Made by a program: the position numbers and the translations under genes
Shown here: positions 60,881 through 64,000 of the stretch, in pieces
Position numbering within the stretch: the stretch's first letter is position 1
Layout: the number at the start of each line of letters is the position of its first letter
Origin: Rhina ancylostomus
Lineage: Eukaryota
Reading direction: 5' to 3'
NCBI GenBank assembly: GCA_030265395.1
Contig: JARFYF010000046.1
Location: 13,488,084-13,552,083, forward strand
Length of the DNA: 64,000 bases
The notes under the pieces: generated by a model
What the model was told of the DNA's origin: nothing
Seen by the model: the letters and a program-made list of their open reading frames with translations, nothing else
The model's database searches: none

Positions 60881-62469
60881 AGGATTATTTTAAATTGAAA
60901 CACATTTCAAAAGTAAAGATCTGCATAATTCTTTCTTGATGACAGAACATTCAAGTTCGTGAATATTTTCACCATGCAGCTTCCATCTCTAATTTTATTC
61001 CGATAATTAGGCTTGTTGTGCAACTTTAGCCCATTGCTATTATAAATACAGTCCAAGTTTTATGAGCCAGACTTTTATGTATAAAGGGATGGGTTATTTG
61101 TGTGCCACATTTTAGAATCTGTTCTGAGTGTCCTGTTAATTTGACTGAGTGTCCTGTTGATTTGTGTGGCCTGGAGTTTTAAGGAGGGTTTTCACCAGTT
61201 TGACTATATGAATGATTGAAAACCTGCCAGTTCTGAATGCTGTTGGTACTACTTGGGCATTTGCTAACACTCGGCAAATGTCAGGTGGATTTGTGGATGT
61301 CAGGACCTTGTGTGATGGCCTAGATTATAAACTCAATTGTGCATGCTGCTCAATGATAGATGTACACTTACTGTTTTTTCATCAGGGTCATTAACTTGTT
61401 TTTGCCTGCAGAATTCACTTCTCAGTTTGAATTCATGTCAAACAGATGTTATTTTGTAGGCTTAATGGAGTTTTTGACTGAATGCTGTTTTTCCAGATAT
61501 GACGTAGGTTGCTTTTGGATGAAGAATCTGCATATGTTAATTGCTGACTTTTATAGGCTTTGTACAAATTCAAGCTTTTAATGAAGCTATGTTAAATCAT
61601 TCATGCCAATAATTTTACTTTTTTTTTTGCTGCTGCATAACTTTAATAGTGAAGGTCATAAGCTAGTGTTTATCTGAACAATTTTGCATAGCCAGGAGGT
61701 AGCACTGAAATCGGTATCTTAATGCAGATCAGAACTTCAGGAGGGTACCAGTGATATTTTTAATGATTGAGAGCTGATGTTACAGATGAAACGATGCTCA
61801 TAAACTTTCAGAAGAAGGTTTACACACATCTTTGTTCTTTAATCTACCCTTTGCTATTTTCCCCCCACTCAGAGCGGAGAAGTTGATGCCAAAGCATGCA
61901 TGTTCCACATCTATGATACCTGAGTGGCATTTAGTTCTGTTGCTGATGGATCTGTCCTTGAAGGTCCTAATATTCTATGTCCTGGACATATTGGGGAGTG
62001 GAGGAGCCCCGAGTGTGATTTAATGTAGGGGAGTCATTGCATACCAGCTAGCACATGGACCTGACAGCGAGGTCTTGATCCAGGAGCAAGTGGAACCAAG
62101 GTGACAAAAGACCAGACTCTGTTGCAAGAATATTAATGCTCATGTGTCAGTGGGTATGTGTGTGGGCACCTGTCAACGTTCAGCACAAGGTTCAGAAACA
62201 TATCTTGCCCTCCTAGTACTTCCTCGCTCCACTGCTCCCCTTCCACTCCCCCACCCACACATCCTCACCTTGACCCCTCTCACCCTTTAATCCTTCCAAT
62301 TCCCAAATTTCTTCTCTTTTGAAAAGAAATTTCTCCTCTTCCCTTCCCTGTTCACTCTGGCCCCCAGACTCCCACCTTAGATCACCATCTTGCAGCCCCT
62401 TCTCTGTGAGTACATATGTCCACTTGCTTGGCTGAATTCCAGGTCCTCTCCCCACCCTACTCTGAGCCT

Positions 62470-62850
62470 CATCTGAATGTGCTGTGCTACACCTTGCATG
62501 CTGCTGAATGGAACTAATTCACAGAACCAGTGGGAAACTGTTCAGCCTGTGTTATTTACATTCTAGGACCTAGGTTGCCCTAGCTCAGGAGCTGAGCTGT
62601 CGTTTGCATAGTTCTTGCATTTGTGCATGTTAGGCCAAGCTCCAGTAAGCTAAAATGTATGAGAATATGGTCCTTGCACTCAAAAGCCACAAAACAAAAG
62701 TCCTTTACCAACCTGTTCAGCTCTGCAGCACTTCCATCTGACAGAGAGTCTACCTCAAGACTCTGGGGAAAATGTGGATCACTTCCTGGATGCCGGGACT
62801 CCTCAGTAAATGCAAATTTCACTAATGCTGGCCAAGGACTGTGCTAGTGC
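62470..62850 (+). mobile_element. RTE RT fragment
   Basis: ELIHRTSGKLFSL..LHSRT, HKTKVLYQPV and ENVDHF match the RTE RT region. Confidence 0.75.
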
Positions 62851-64000
62851 ACGGAAGGTGATAATGAATTTCCTTACATATGATTGCAAAGCAATGCCTA
62901 TAACAGAGGCTGTTCACAGTGACTAAGGAATCTTTTTTTTCTTCTGGATGTTTCTGGTGGAACAGAAGAAACTTTTCTCATTACCCTACTTCTAGCTAAA
63001 ATTCAAAGACAAAACATAATTGACCTGGCTCTGGTATCATTAAGCATTGCTTCAACACTTTTGATAGGGGAGAACTGCATATTCAGATTTTAAACTCCCT
63101 TTAAATTTGAAAAATATGGAGACTCCAATGTGTAACGTTGGTTGGGGCACTGCAAAGGAAAGATGGCAAACTTATTGTCTGGGATGAAGCTACATTGGTT
63201 CGCGAAGCAGCCATTCAACTAATAGATCAAATGTTGTAAGATCTTGGACGTGATAATAAATTAATGGGATGCATTACTTTAGTGTTAGCTGGAGAACTTT
63301 AGGGGGAAAATGTTAAATGACAGCACTTGAAAACCAATATGCAAGTGCATTTGATAGGTGATCCATCTGAGTCTGTTTCGAATTTACTCAAATTAGGAAG
63401 TGGAGAAATTTAACAGGAAGACTTCACAGGAATGATTTTAATGAAAATCTTGGGCTGAATTTGAATTATTACATCACTTTATGATTTGATGCACACAGTT
63501 TTCCCAAATGTCACTCAACACTGTTTAAGTTGCTAGTGGTTGAGTGAAAGCAACTTTAGTTCCAAATTTGTTCTTTAAGTTGTATTATTTCATTCACGAA
63601 GTGTTATTATAAAACCCAGCTACATGGAAATAAAGGCAAATATCATTGCCAGCATAACCGCAGCATCACTGGGTCTAGCAGATAATATTGAAAATATTTT
63701 GTATAACAAGTAATTTTTTATGTTATAAGCGATTTGTAACAAACTTTGCAAGGGTGCACTGCAAATAAAATAGGACATCTGTTGTACCTGTGGAGAAGAC
63801 AAAAGTACTTGTGCACCTTTCACAGAAATAAATCCCTCCTGTGTATAGTAATCTGTTGTATCTTTCAAGATTGAATTGCTGCTTCTGAAAATCTGTTTTA
63901 AGTTTTGCCAGTTTCCTGTTAGGATATGAACTATGTACATACATGTTAGTTTCTTCTTGTGACTAGAAATATTGTTGGGCTATTCAGTGCTGAAGTTAGA

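Larger units (their letters stand above)
55088..64000 (+). other. MED13L: MED13L intron 4 (5' portion; exon 5 not reached)
   Basis: GTAAGC donor at 55088. No exon encoding the expected EHLSCAFTFFLHG continuation was seen. Confidence 0.75.

Noticed and set aside
61124-61165. 21-bp tandem duplication (also a 14-bp one at 33173-33200)
   Set aside because: Ordinary two-copy slippage duplications with no spacer or array structure, so not CRISPR-like.
292-63944. Most 60-130 aa ORFs in the supplied track
   Set aside because: Apart from the TE-derived fragments annotated above, they show no recognisable domains, often start at non-ATG codons, and are the size expected by chance in intronic DNA.

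Overview
This is eukaryotic, CpG-depleted, repeat-rich DNA from a cartilaginous fish, probably a batoid judging by the SINE/LINE repertoire; the organism call is an inference. The window lies inside the Mediator kinase-module gene MED13L, transcribed on the + strand. It holds two short coding exons the ORF track missed: 47515-47599 (85 nt, [28 protein letters not shown]) and 55004-55087 (84 nt, [27 protein letters not shown]), which correspond to exons 3 and 4. Everything else is intron 2, 3 or 4. The introns carry CR1, Rex1/Babar, RTE and L2 LINE relics, V-SINEs and Deu-type SINEs. They also contain an IR/DR Tc1 transposon nested in a LINE, two Tigger-like MITEs, a CpG-rich antisense solo LTR, and about nine copies of a Penelope-like fold-back repeat with a decayed hammerhead-like core. 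The most interesting unexplained signals are long hairpins in otherwise unique intron 2 sequence (9135-9221, 11461-11575, 15559-15650, 32678-32753) and a repeat-derived decoy 3' splice site 156 nt upstream of exon 3. I found no intact transposon ORF, rRNA, tRNA or CRISPR array. Family assignments come from recognising motifs by eye, not from database searches.
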